Of a stretch of 64,000 nt of DNA, positions 1-12,869 are shown one piece after another. Each line of letters starts with the position of its first letter. The stretch's first letter is position 1. The notes under the pieces were generated by a model. The model was given only the letters and a program-made list of their open reading frames with translations. It was not told the DNA's origin and did not search any database. Origin of the DNA: Gracilinanus agilis. Taxonomy: Eukaryota. Position numbers and translations under genes: made by a program. The stretch covers positions 45,398,239 through 45,462,238 of the forward strand of contig NC_058135.1 in assembly GCF_016433145.1 (NCBI RefSeq), in the 5' to 3' direction.

Positions 1-419
1 CAAATGTGGCCTCAGATACTTCCCAGCTGGGTGAACCTGGGCAAGTCACTGTCACTTACCCCCCCCCTCTTCCTCCCCCCCCCCCCGCCCCCCATCTTCT
101 GCCTTAGAACCAATGATGTTTCTAAGATGGAAGGTAGAGGTTTTGTTTTGTTTTGTTTTGTTTTAAGTGACCCAAATGTACTTGGGCATTTCTCATGTTG
201 GACAGTCAATCAGTCTAACACCACAAACCCTTCTTAAGCACCTAATGTATGCCAGGTACTCTGCAGAGTCCTGGGGATAGAAAGAAAGATAAAAAGGGGG
301 CCCTCTCTTGAGGCGCCCACAAACTGAGGCGGGAGACAGCTCGAGAACCACTCAGTCCAAGCAGAGGCCGTACAGGAGAAATAGGAGACAATGGAGAAAG
401 GGTAGCAGCAGCCTGCGTG

Positions 420-830
420 GAGGTGGAGGGGGCCGTGCTGGAGAAGAGGAGCCTGGAGCGGAGGAGCCCGATCCAATCAAGGAACAAGCCCCTCCAGGTC
501 GGGATCCAGCCTGGAAATAATCCGGAGGAAAGATGAGCGCCCATGCGCGTGCGCAGAAGCAGGCCTTTCCCCGGGGCAGCCGCGTGAGGGGCCAGTGAGA
601 GGCCCGCTGTACCGCAGCGGGGACGGGTCCCTAGGTGCTCCCCCTCCTGGCCTAGGACGATGGCTCCTCACACTAAGTCAGCCCTTTGGCTGGGAGCTTC
701 AGCGTGGTGGGGCCCTTCTCTGGGGCGGGGAGAGCGCCGGCCGGCGTGCCTCACAGGAGCTGGCTTCTGGGGCGGAACTCCCTGCGTTTAGGATGGGTGC
801 TCGAGAGCCGGGACTGTTAGCATCCCCAGG
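420..830. promoter_or_regulatory. Intragenic CpG-rich promoter-like element in the MTTP intron upstream of exon 6426
   Basis: About 27 CpG in ~410 bp by hand count, GC-rich. NRF1 palindrome TGCGCGTGCGCA at 544-555, CCAAT at 473-477, GC boxes at 722-730 and 769-777. Confidence 0.55.
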
Positions 831-2808
831 CTGGCCCTTCCAGCTTCTGAGTCACAGAGCCAGAAAGGGAACGGAGTCTTTTGATACTGTGTCTCATTAA
901 GGGAAACACGGGAAGCAAAAACCCGCTCCTGCCCTCGAGTTCCCAGAGTTCTCAGAAAACAGTTGGAAACATTGCCTCCAATATAGCAGTACTTTGATGT
1001 TGCCCTTGCAGCATCTTACAGAGCTACCTAGAGGCTAGGTGGCACCCTGTCTAGAGCCCTGGGTTAGTCAGGAAGACCTGAATTCAAAAATCCACTCAGA
1101 AATTTACTCCCTTTGGCCCAGGGCAAGCCGTTTCACCTTTGCCAGCTTTAGCTTCCTCATCTGTAAAATGGAGATAATAACAGTACCTGCCTCCCAGGGT
1201 TTGTGAAGATCACATGAGATCATGTTATAAAAAACCGTTCAAACCTCCAGGCGCTAGATAAATGCCATATAAATGACTTCGGCAGAGGCAAAAGTCCTCA
1301 GATCCATCTCGCAATCAGAAGATGCAGGGGAGTGACTGCACTACAGCACAATACATCACCATCTCGTTCTTCAAGCAAATAGCTCTCTGGCAGCCCCAGT
1401 GCAGGGATCCAGGCCAGCACTCTGAGTTCTGTAATAGCCCAGCACTTAGCAAAGTGCCTGGTACCTAGGAGGTACTCGATAAATTCATGTTAACTGGCTA
1501 TACTTCAAGGATCCATTATGTTTCCTAAAAGCTTCTCAGAAGCCACAATGAAACAAAATTATGTTTCCCGAGAAAGGACACATTAGTTTATAGGGAAAGT
1601 GTTGGTATAGCCAGTAAAGTGTTGGACGTTAGTCAGGAAGACCTGGGTTCAAATCCCATCTCTGACACTTATTCATTGTGTGACCCTGGGCAGGACATTT
1701 CACCTCTCTGATTCCTGGTTTCTTCATCTGTAAAATGAGGATTATAATTCCCGCTAATACGTACTTCACAAGGCTGTCCTCTGGCTCAAATGGCATAAGC
1801 TGGGCTTTATGGTGTTTACATAAAGCTCATTGTCAATATCGTGGTATTAGGAGTCTAGTTGTGAGAAGAGTTTTCTTGAATCTCAAAGTCTTTTCAGTAT
1901 TCCCTCACTCAGAATTTACTCAGTGGGAGGACCGTGGTACATACATACATTTATCACCAACTAATTGGTCTTCAAATAGTATCTTAGAATACCTAGCCAA
2001 AAATAGCTAGAATACCTGGCTTTTCAGCTTGATACATTGATACACTGGTATTAAGCACCTACTGTGTGTGTGCCAGGTGCCATGCCGGAATGGCGCTTCA
2101 AAGAGAACAAAGATATAAGCCCTGCCCTCAGAAAGCTTAATAGTGGGATGTGACATGCCAGGGACAAGGGACTCAGGAAAGAAGCTTTGGTCCAGAGTAA
2201 TTACAGGGGTAATAAGTGGGCTTATGGTTGTGCCCTGTCCATTAGCACTCTTAATGTCAAATTGAATATTGTTCCCTAAGCAAGTGCTAGGAGAGGAGCA
2301 GGAGAGGAGAGAGTTCACATCAGGACAGATGGCCAGATGCCCACAGCTGTCTAGCCCCTGGTGTCTTGGTAGATGGGTGGATGGCTAGTATGGAGGAAAG
2401 AGAAGGTATATGACCTCAGGAAAATCATTGAACCTGTCTAAGTCTCAGTGTTCTCATCAATGAAATAAAGAGATTTAGGTGGTCTCTGAGGTCCCTTCCA
2501 TCTCTATATTTGTAATCCAGTAAACATAGTCCAGAATGTGAGACCCTAGACATAAAGCTCTAAGGGAACGATGGGCCCACACTCCAATCTGGTGTGTGAA
2601 GGACACCATGAGAAGTGAAGGACAGAAAATGGCCATTATTGAGCCAGAAATGGCATGATTTTGGAGCACTTCTAATTAGAAAAAAGTGACTATGAGAATG
2701 ATGTGTTATTTGCAATTCTCCTTGGCTATTATTCCAATTCCCACATGTAAATTATAATTCATTAAGACCCAACCATCATGAGAATGTTGATTAATCATAG
2801 ATATAGAG

Positions 2809-3002
2809 CAGTGATTTCCAAAATGGGCTCCACCGCCCCCTGGTGGGTGCTGCAGCAATCCAGGGGAATGGTGATGGCCACAGGTGCATTTATCTTTCCT
2901 ATTAATTGCTATTAAAATTTAAAAAAAATTATTTTCCAGGGGGCTAAGTAGTATTTTTTTCTGGAAAGTGGGCAGTAGGCCAAAAAAGTTTGGGAACCAC
3001 TG
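2809..3002. mobile_element. Non-autonomous hAT (Charlie-type) MITE, 194 bp
   Basis: TIRs cagtgatttccaaa / tttgggaaccactg and a perfect 8-bp TSD atatagag (2801-2808, 3003-3010). Second copy at 41898-42087. Confidence 0.92.
2833..2846 (-). promoter_or_regulatory. CTCF core motif (CCACCAGGGGGCGG) inside a hAT MITE
   Basis: 14/14 match to CCASYAGRKGGCRS on the minus strand. Binding is not shown. Confidence 0.5.
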
Positions 3003-4469
3003 ATATAGAGATTGCCATTTTTGCTCTCAAATTGGGTATGGATTGAGGAACTTGGATTTTCATTTAAAGATGTCTTTTAAACTGAAATTAGGTGTAAACT
3101 TCAATCATGCTTTCTTAGTTTCCCAGTGATTATGTTCTTTCTCCTTTAAGATTTCCTGCCCCATTTTTGGGAGTTCTGGTATTCTGGCATCTATCTTTTC
3201 CTTTAGAGAGTTAAATACTGGGTCTGTGTGTGAAGGGAAGGGGCTATTTTGTTGGGTAGGGGATGAAAAGATAATTGATTTAGACTGAGTAGATCAGTTA
3301 TATAAAGAATTTGGTCATCTTGCCAGTTTCAGTGAACTTCTTGGTCTTGGATAACTCCAAACTCAGGCTGGTGTTACTCAGCCCCAGGGCTTCTGAAAGT
3401 ACCCCACATGTCACGTGGGTCCAGCTGCCTCCTTGATCTGCACTTGCAGAAAATATTGAGAATTGAAGGCCAATATCCCATCACAGACCCTGGGCAGAAG
3501 GCTTGGGCCTCTCGCCACACTGCCCAGCTCAGACAAGACCAGCATCAGTCTGGAAAATGCCTGTGATCCCAGTTGCACTTTACTGCTGATTTGCCATGCC
3601 AAATGTCAAGCAGCAAGCTATAATTACGGCTTTATTTTAAATCACCCTGCCAGCCCTTTCCTAACTTGATTATCAGTTCCTGGAACTTGGACGCCACCTC
3701 GACAATTTATTTTTCTTATTGCTGGGTTGGCCACCAGGACACAGGTGGCTACAGCTTATACAGAACATGAGTGAGGATGAAAGACCTTGAAGGCCAGCTG
3801 AGTCATCTCTCTATTTCCAGGCTCTGCCCAATACACATTTTGTTTCAAGGGGAGGTAGGCTTTTCTTGGCTGCTGTACTTTTTCTCCTCCTAAGAAACAA
3901 CCCTTTTCAAATATGCCCTTCTGAGACTCAGCCCATGAAAATTAAATTAGAGGTCTTGGATATTATATAAGGAAGCTATCGTTTACATAAATCAAATGAA
4001 AGATGAGTTTGAGTTGAGAGTATGTGCACGTTACTACTGCCAAAGTCACCCCATTGGGGTAAGGCTGTGCATGGTGTCAGTGGCCAGTTCTCCTCCTTCT
4101 CAAGTTATTTTATGCTTAATTTGAAAATATTTTCTGTATTCTCATATGTGTATATATTTTCCCCCTGTAGAATCTCCTTGAGTGTAAGAACTATTTCCTT
4201 TGTTTTTTGTATCCTTAGCACTGAGTCTGGCTCATCAATGCTTGTTGATTGATTAAATCTTCATAATATATTTTTTATGTTTCTACCTGTAAGGTTTTAT
4301 TTTTTTAATCTGATAACATACCCCAAATTATGGGCTTGTTTAAAAACTCATTCATTTCTCAAATATTGATTAAGCTTAACTTATGATGAGTACTCTGCTA
4401 GTGTTCAGGCATCTGCAAAGTCTGGATAAGGCAGTTAGCCTCTACTTTCTTCTAGCTTCTAGTCTTCAT

Positions 4470-6060
4470 GTATACATATACGTATGTATACATAGATAGT
4501 TTTTAATTAACATGTAAAAACCACTCAACATATTTTTAAAATTTTGAGTTCCAGATTCTCTCCTTCCTTCCCTTCTTCATTCCCCTCCACCCTCCTAGAG
4601 AAGGCAAGCAATTTAATATAAATTATACATGTGCAATCATGCAGAATATATTTCTATATTAGTCATGTTGAGAAAGAAAACATAGACCAAAAAAAAAAAA
4701 CCTAAGAAAAATAAAGACAGTAAGAAAAAAATGCTTAAATCTCCATTCATACTCCATCAGTTTTCCTTTCCCTCTGGAGGTAGATAGCACATTTTATCAT
4801 AAATCCTTTGGAATTGTTCTGGATTGTTGAAATGCTGAAAAGAGCTAACTCATTCACAGTTGATCATTGTACAGTATTGCTGTTACCATGTACAGTGTTC
4901 TCCTAATTCTGTTTACTTTGCAGAAGTTCATATAAGTCTTTCCAGGTTTTTCTTGAAAGCATCCTGCTTGTCATTTTGTATTACATAGTAATATTTCTTC
5001 ACAATCATATGCCACAACTTATTCAGCCATTTCCAAATTGATGGGCATCTCCTCAGTTTCCAATTCGTTGCCACAACAGAATGAGCTGCTCTAAATATTT
5101 TTGTCCATTTAGGTCCTTTCCCTTACTTTTTTTAAAATCTCCTTTGGTTATAGACCTAATAATGGTGTTCCTGGATCAAAGGGAATGCATGGTTTTGCAG
5201 CCCTGTAAACATAGTTCCAAATGGCTCTCCAGGTTGGATCAGTTCACAATTCCACCAACAATGTGATGGTGTCCCAATTTTCCCATATTAACCTCCAACA
5301 TTTGTCATTTTTCCTTTTCTGTCATATTAGCCAATCTGATAGGTATGAGGCAGTGCCTCCGAGTTGTTTTAATTTTCATTTCTCTAATAATAGTGATTTA
5401 GAGTATCTTTTCTTATGACTATAGATAGCTTTGATTTCTTCTGAAAACTACCTCTTTGTGTCCTTTAACCATTTATCAATTGGGGAATGACTTATTGTCT
5501 TATAAATTTGACTTTGTTTTTAAAATATTTGAGAATGAGGCCTTTATCAGAGAAACTTGATGTAAAATTTCCCCCAGTTTTATGCTTTCCTTCTAGCCTT
5601 GGCTGTATTGGTTTTGTTTGTGCAAAACCTTTTTAACTTAATGTAATCAACATTATCCATTTTGCTTCCCATAATACCCCCTATCACTTATTTGGTCATA
5701 AATTCTTCCCTTCTACATAGAACTGACAGGTAAGATATTCCATGATCCCCTAATTAACTTATGATATCACTCTTTATGTCTAAATCATGTACCCATTTTT
5801 ACCTTATATTGGTATACAGTGTGAGATGTTGGTCTATACTTACTTTCTTCCAAACTGCTTTTCCAGTTTTCTTAGCAGTTTTTGTCAAGTAATGAGTTCT
5901 TATCCCAAGAGCTTGGATTTTTGCATTTATGAAATACCAGATTAACCATGATCATGTACTACTATGTATTGTATACCTAATTTATTCTATTAATTTTCTA
6001 TTTCTTAGGCAGTACCAGATTTCCTTGATGAGTACCACTTTCTAGCTTATCATCCTAATA
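4470..6060 (-). mobile_element. Old marsupial L1 3' region fragment
   Basis: T-rich reverse-oriented L1 tail motifs (acagttgatcattg, attcagccatttcc...gatgggcat, ccagtttttctt...ttatc). Confidence 0.75.
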
Positions 6061-6425
6061 ACAATTGTGGAAAATAATGCAATAAAATGGGAATAGATCA
6101 TGATTAGGCTTAGGTTCCTGGGCTCTCAAATAAAGAAACTATTACAGCTCTTAAAATAAATGTCACCTGTATTTTAAACATTATTTTCATCCCTTTTTTA
6201 GAGGAAGAATATGACTATTTTTTCAGGAAACGTATTTTAACTTAAATGGCATCCCAATGGAAGCTTAACATTCTGCCATGTTCTGAAAATTGACTCTAAG
6301 TATTTCCAACAGCAACTTTCCATTCTGACTAGGCAGTAGAGGGAAGAGGAGGGGGAGAACTAATGGGAATGTGCCTTTGGAAAGGACCTGTATTAACTAA
6401 CATGTGGCCTCTTCTCTGCTTCTAG

Positions 6426-6551
<126 letters not shown>

Positions 6552-6729
6552 TGAGCATGCTAACATATACAGGATTCAGAAAACTGGAAATGAAATAGCA
6601 CAGTCACCTAGTAATATTTTCTCAGCATTTGAAGTACACATGGCTATGCCATTTTATATGTGTGATATAGTTGATCAGTAGTTTTTTTACAAGTTAAAGA
6701 AAAATTAAATACATTTTAAAGAAATAAGA

Positions 6730-7510
6730 TCTCCTACCTCCTAACTGCCCCTTAGTCTCCTTTCCTGGATCTTCATCTAAGTCACACTCATTAATTGTAG
6801 GTATCCCTTAAAACTCTGTCCTAGCCTCTCTTTTTCCCCCCTCTCGTATTTTTCCCCATTTCATTTGTTGGTTTTATCAATTCCCATAGATTTAATTATC
6901 ATCTCTAAACTGATGATACTCAGATCTACTTATCTAACTCCACCTCGCTCCCAAATTCTAGACTCCTCTCCCAGTGAGTGCTAGACAAGCCCAAAACTAA
7001 ACTCATTATTCTTCTTTCCAATCCTTCTCCTCTACATAATTTCCCTGTTACTGTGAAGAGTACCATCATCTTTGCCATGAAAACATCGAATCTAGGTGCC
7101 CTCCTTTGTGATATCTGTCATATGCCCACCTTCTCTCCTCTACTACTGCCATCACCCTTGTGAAGACCTTCATCATTTCCTCCATGGACTGTTGCTGTAG
7201 CCTTTAAGGTGGTCTCCCTACCTCAAATCTATCCCCATTAAAGTCTATTCTCCATTCAGCTGTCAAATTGATCTTCCTAAAAAACAGATCTAGCTATGCC
7301 AACCCCACTCCTCCTTTCAGTACATTTCAGTGTCTTCTTATCATTTCTAGGATCAATCTGAACATTTTCTGTTTGTTTTTGTTTTTGTTTTTCATTTAAA
7401 GCCATTTGCATCCCCTTCCTGCCTTTTCAGGCTTCTCACACCTTATCCTATCTCCCCCATAGGCTATAATCTAATAATACTGGCATCCTTGCTCTTCTTT
7501 GCACTAAATA
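6730..7510 (-). mobile_element. L2 relic
   Basis: Pyrimidine-rich L2-type motifs (atctctaaactgatgatactcagatct, ttctccttctctacataatttccct, ctattctccattcagctg). Confidence 0.65.
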
Positions 7511-7618
7511 TTCTGTATCTCTTGCCTCCATGTATTTCATTTTTCTTTTATTTTTTAAATTTACATTTTCCCCAATAACATGTAAAAATAGTTTCCAACA
7601 TTTAAAAAATTTTTTTTT

Positions 7619-7802
7619 ATATTTTTAAACCCTTAACTTCTGTGCATTAGTTCCTTGGTAGAAGAGTGGTAAGGGTAGGCAATGGGGGTCAAGTGACTTG
7701 CCCAAGGTCACACAGCTGGGAAGTGTCTGAGGCCAGATTTGAACCTAGGACCTCCTGTCTCTAGGCCTGGCTCTCAATCCACTGAGCTACCCAGCTGCCC
7801 CC
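7619..7802 (-). mobile_element. SINE1_Mdo-like tRNA-derived CORE-SINE, full length
   Basis: Reverse complement of gggcagctgggtagctcagtggattgagagccagg... TSD taaaaaattttttttt (7603-7618, 7803-7818). Confidence 0.9.
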
Positions 7803-8599
7803 TAAAAAATTTTTTTTTTGAATCTCAAATTCTCTCCTTCCCTCTCCCACCCACCCACTGAAAAGGTAAGCAATATGATATAATTTTCATGTGCAATCAC
7901 ATTAAACATTTTCCTATATTAATCCTTTTGTAGAAGGAAAGTCAAACAAAAAAATTAAGAAAGCAAGTAAAAAATGTTTCCTTTGGTTCTTTGGAAGCAG
8001 GTGGTATTTTTTTATCACAAGTCCTTTAGTCTTTTAGTTTTAGATCATTGTATTTCTGAGAATAGTCAAGTTGTTCATCATACAGTTGTTCATCATAGGT
8101 ATTCCTATTGTGTACAATGTTCTCCTGGTTCTGTTTACTTCACTCTGCTTCAGTTTGTGTAAGTCTTTCCAGATTTTTCTGAGCTCTTTCCTGTTCATCA
8201 TTTCTTACAGAACAATAGTATTCTATTACAATTATATACTATAATATATACTCATCTACTCCCCATTTGATAGGCATCCTCTCATTTTCCAGTCCTTTGC
8301 CCCAACAAAAACAGCTGCTTTAAAATAGTTTTGTGTGTATTCTCTTTTAAAAAATAAACTTATTTTTTATATATTTTAAATATTTCCTTTTTAAAATTTC
8401 AATCCCAAATTTTCTAACTCTAATTCAAACACACCAAAAAGGCAAGCAAATTATATCAATTGTACATGTGAAAACATGCAAAATATATTTCAAAAAAAGC
8501 AAAAACAAAAAAAGTGAGAAATTATACTTCAATTCACACTCAGACTTCATCAGTTCTCCCTCATTTTTTCATCATTAGACTTTTGGAATTGACTTAGAT

Positions 8600-8789
8600 C
8601 AGTGATGGGCAAATTACGGCCTGGGGCCAGATGCAGCCCCCTGAAATGTTCTATCTGGCCTAGACATTATTCCTAATCTGACAAATACAATGAGTAGGAT
8701 ACAATACAATGAAACTTCAAAAGAGTTGCCTTAGAAAAGACTGACAGATGGACATTTCCTTTCCTCTTTAAAATGTTTGTCCATCACTG
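8600..8789. mobile_element. hAT MITE of a different family (OposCharlie/OC1-like), 190 bp
   Basis: TIRs cagtgatgggcaaa / tttgtccatcactg and a perfect 8-bp TSD acttagat (8592-8599, 8790-8797). The 5' end aaattacggcctggggccagatgcagcccc looks like the CpG-decayed OC1 subterminal motif (recalled). Confidence 0.85.
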
Positions 8790-8931
8790 ACTTAGATCAT
8801 TGTAATGCTTAGTAGCCAAGTCTTTTACAGTTGATCATCCTTACAACATTTACTGTTACTATACACAATGATCTCCCAGTTTTTTTCACTTCACTTTGTA
8901 TAAATTGATTTTGGTCTTGCCATGCTTTTCT

Positions 8932-9144
8932 TTTTTTCTTTTTTTTTTTTTTACACCCTTACCTTCCTTCTTGGAGTCAATACTGTGTATTGGCTCCAAG
9001 GCAGAATAATGGTAAGGGCTAGGCAATGGGGGTCAAGTGACTTGCCCAGAGTCACACAGATGGAAGTGTCTGAGGACAGATTTGAACCTAGGACCTCCCG
9101 TCTCTAGGCCTGGCTCTCAATCCACTGAGCTACCCAGCTGCCCC
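8932..9144 (-). mobile_element. SINE1_Mdo-like SINE, full length
   Basis: 16-bp TSD cttgccatgcttttct (8916-8931, 9145-9160), T-tail at left. Confidence 0.92.
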
Positions 9145-12100
9145 CTTGCCATGCTTTTCTGAAACCACCTCCCTCATCATTTCTTCTAGCAAAATAATAC
9201 TCCATCACAATCATATGCCACATTTTGTTCAGCCATTTCCCAACTGATAAGCATCCCCTTCAATTTCCATTTCTTTGCCACCACAAAAATTACTGCTCTA
9301 AATATTTTTGTTCATATCTTCCTTTTCCCTTTTCATTTGATCTCTTTGGGGTACCAATCTAGTAATGGTATTATGGGATCAAAGGGTATGCTTATTATTA
9401 TTTACCCTCAGGGCAGTTTTTCTTCATAATTTCTCAAAATATGATTGTGTGGGCTCTTTTTTTGATCATTGATTATGGCTTTTAGATAGTGCAATAATTC
9501 TTAAATTATGACTCCTGGATCTGTTTTTCAGGTCAGTTGTTTTTCTGATGAGAAACTTCACATTTTCTTATATTTTTTTCGTTCTTTTGCCTTTGTTTTA
9601 TTATTTCTTAATGTATCATAAAGTCATTAGCTTCCACTGACTCAATTCTAATTTTTAAGAAATTATTTTCTTCAATGAATTTTTATACTTTCTTTTCCAT
9701 TTGGTCTATTCTGCTTTTAAAAAAGTTTCTTCAGTAAATTTTTGCAACTCTTTTATCATTAGGATATTTTTGTTTTTTAAGGTATTATTTTCTTCAGGAT
9801 TTTTTGAATAACTTTTATGAAGTTGTTAATTCTCTTTCACAATTTCCTTGTATCACTCTCATTTCCTTTCCCAATTTTCCCTTTATCATCATATCTCCTT
9901 AACTCTTCTAGGAATTCTTGTTGGGCTTGGGTCCAATTAGCATATTTCTTTGAGGCTTTGGTAGCTATTTTTATATTGAGTCCTCCTCTGAGTTTATTCC
10001 TTGTTCTTCCCTGCCACTGTAATAGATCTTGGTGGTTAAGTTTTTTTGTTGTTGTTTGCTCATTCTCCAGTTTATTTCTTACCTTTGAACTTTATGTTCA
10101 AATTGGGTTCTGCTCACTATAGGTGGGGGAGCCCTGTCTCAAGCTCCAGATTTTTTTCTGTTGCTATTTTCAGGGCTAGTTCTGGGGGTCTGCAAGTGTT
10201 CAATGCTTCCAAGGGGGTATGATCCAGGGAGAGATGTGGTGACTGCCCTTCTGGTCTGCCCTCGTTCTGCTCCCCTGCAGTCACAAGAGCTAGTCCATCT
10301 CTTCCCTGGACCTGCAACTCAGAACTGCTGACAGGCAAGAGAATTGCCAGTCAGAGCCAGCTGCATCCAGTGCCAGCAAGGGGCCCTGTAATCTCTTTCT
10401 GTCCAGTTGTATGACCTCCTTACTTACTGTCTGTGGGCTGAGAGTTCCCAAAGCTGCAACTGCCACTGCTCGCATAGCCACTGACAATTCTCACTTGCTG
10501 GGACTGCCCTTTTCAGGGAGAAGATGGTATTTTTCTCAGGAGCTGCAGTTCAGGCCAGTTTGGTCTGACCACCAAGATATAGAATGGAGGATAATATAGA
10601 ATAGAAAGAGATTTTTTTTAGTCTCCCTTAGAAACTTATCCCAATTTTTAACAACTCGCTTCCAGGAAATTCCCCTACCTGGCTAAACATGTCATTCATA
10701 TTACATATTCATATTATATAGTCAGATTATATATCACCCATTCTTCTTTCACTGTCCTTATTAGAAATAGGTAATATTTGATTTCTTTTCTTGCTACATA
10801 TTTTCATGGTTTTAAAGATGATTTTGGCTTCTATCAACCTTCTCTTTTCCAGGCAAAATGATTACCTTTGGTTTGGGTAGAAAGGTAGATTCATTTGATG
10901 GATTCCAATGAGAGATTTCAATTCTGCATATTAAAAAATATGTATATGTATATATACATATATATGAGATCATTGGTGTGATTATTCCCATATTAGTTAT
11001 TGGAACAGAAGAACCATAGTTAGAATGGACCCTAGAAGTCATCTAATCTAACTCATACCTAAACTATCAATTCTATATACAAAATTCCCAATGAGTAAAT
11101 TTTACCAAGAATAAATAAGGAGCTCACTGATTTTTTTTTATTTCCTATGACTTTTAAGCATATGGATAGCATGAGATGGATAGGGGTAGAAGGATCTAAC
11201 ATTATGTCTCTTTTAGACTGGGCCTAGGAATTGACAACTATCCCAAAGCAGAATATTATTCCTATATTTAAAAAAAAAAGACTGTCATTGAGGTTGCCAA
11301 AAGAGGTCACTAGACCTCTAGCTTTCTCCAAAAATGACTAGAAATGAGAAATTTAAAAGGAGCTGGCCACCAGAGGGCCTAACAGTTGAATCAAGACATT
11401 TACTAAAGATACATCCCCCTTTTTGGAAATACTTTTTATGCAGGGGTTTTTAAAACACTTTGCTTTGAAAGTAACCACTAAAATATAATTTTAAAAACAA
11501 CAATATTTTACTTCATCAGTCAGAATTTACTAGGCTTATACATTTTCTTTAAACCAGTCTATTTTGCCCCTACTTCAAGAATTAGTGAAATGACATTTTA
11601 TATTTATTCAAATATCAATTATTACTCAACCTTAAAAAAAGTATATCCAGGTGACAATTTTATATTGACTAACTGCACATTTACTAGAGAAAATACTGGC
11701 TGAAAAAAGCTTACCTTCCCATGACCTTGGTTTAAGCGTAGCTTTGCTGAAAGGCAAAAGGCCAAAATGGCTAAGTGGGCTCCCACTGATAGGGTAGCGC
11801 AAAAAGAAGGTTCTTCCCACAACAGCCTGTCCCATAAGAGTATGAGCTAACCTCAGGGCAAGCCCCCATCAGGGAAGCATATGTTCTAGGAGGCACTGAG
11901 GAACTTGTCCATTTGCACCACAAGATGAAGCTCGGTTACCAAGGGAACCACTGTGATACCATTCCTACACAAGTGTTGTTTGTCATTTTCATGAGTTCAG
12001 TAAATGCACCCCCTACTACATCAGAATTTTCCTTCAAATCAGTAATCACTCCACAAGCATACATTAAATACCTATTATGGGAGAGCACTGGGGGCAAAAA

Positions 12101-12560
12101 TGAGGTAAAATAAAAACAACCTCTGCCCTCGTGCAGTTTATATTCTATTAGATAACCTGGTTTAAAAGTCATGTCTCTGAACCATCCTGGCTGGGTGACC
12201 CTAGGTAAGTCCCATAATCTCTCAATGCTTCAAGCAACTCCATAACACTAAGATGCTAAAACTACTGATCTTGATTAGCAGGAGCTTCCTTACTGGGAAT
12301 TCCTTCCCTAAACCTATAAAATCACCTCATCAATAAGCATTTACTAAAAGCACCATTGTGTGATAAGGGCTAGAATACAAATACAAAGAATGTCATAAAC
12401 CTCCCATGAAAGGGCCTTTCTGTTGAAATCACAGGTCTGGTCAATAATAATTCTTGAGTCTATGGTAAGAATGAGCTCACACATACTCTGAGTTTTTCAA
12501 ACCCAGCAGTTAGTTCCCTCTCCCTGAGAGTTCTCAAAACTGAAACTTGAACCATTTTTT

Positions 12561-12723
12561 TTAAACATTTATTAATATTCATTTTTAACATGGTTACATG
12601 ATTCATGCTCCTCCTTTCCCCTTCAACCCCCCCCCGTGCCCCCCCTACCCATGCGCATTTCCACTAGTTTTGTCATGTGTCCTTGATCAAGACCAATTTC
12701 CAAATTGTTGGTAGTTGCATTGG
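12561..12723 (-). mobile_element. Young 5'-truncated L1 3' end, 163 bp
   Basis: T-tail at left. 14-bp TSD ttgaaccatttttt (12547-12560, 12724-12737) followed by aa, the canonical TTTT/AA site. Confidence 0.85.
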
Positions 12724-12869
12724 TTGAACCATTTTTTAATATTTATAATTGAGATCTTGTCAGGGGCAAAAGGAGAGAAGTTCCTTTACTTTATTTATTT
12801 ATTTATTTTTAAAGCCCCTTTTAAAAATTTTCAATGAGCCTCTGGTTGTGGTCACCATGGCCCACTTTT

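Larger units (their letters stand above)
7520..10560 (-). mobile_element. Composite L1 relic (5'UTR + ORF1 remnant joined to a 3' end), with nested SINEs and a MITE
   Basis: Minus strand 9540-9410 reads TTDLKNRSRSHNLRIIAL.., an L1 ORF1 motif. L1 3' motifs at 7520-9400 and 5'UTR-like sequence at 10100-10560. Confidence 0.75.
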
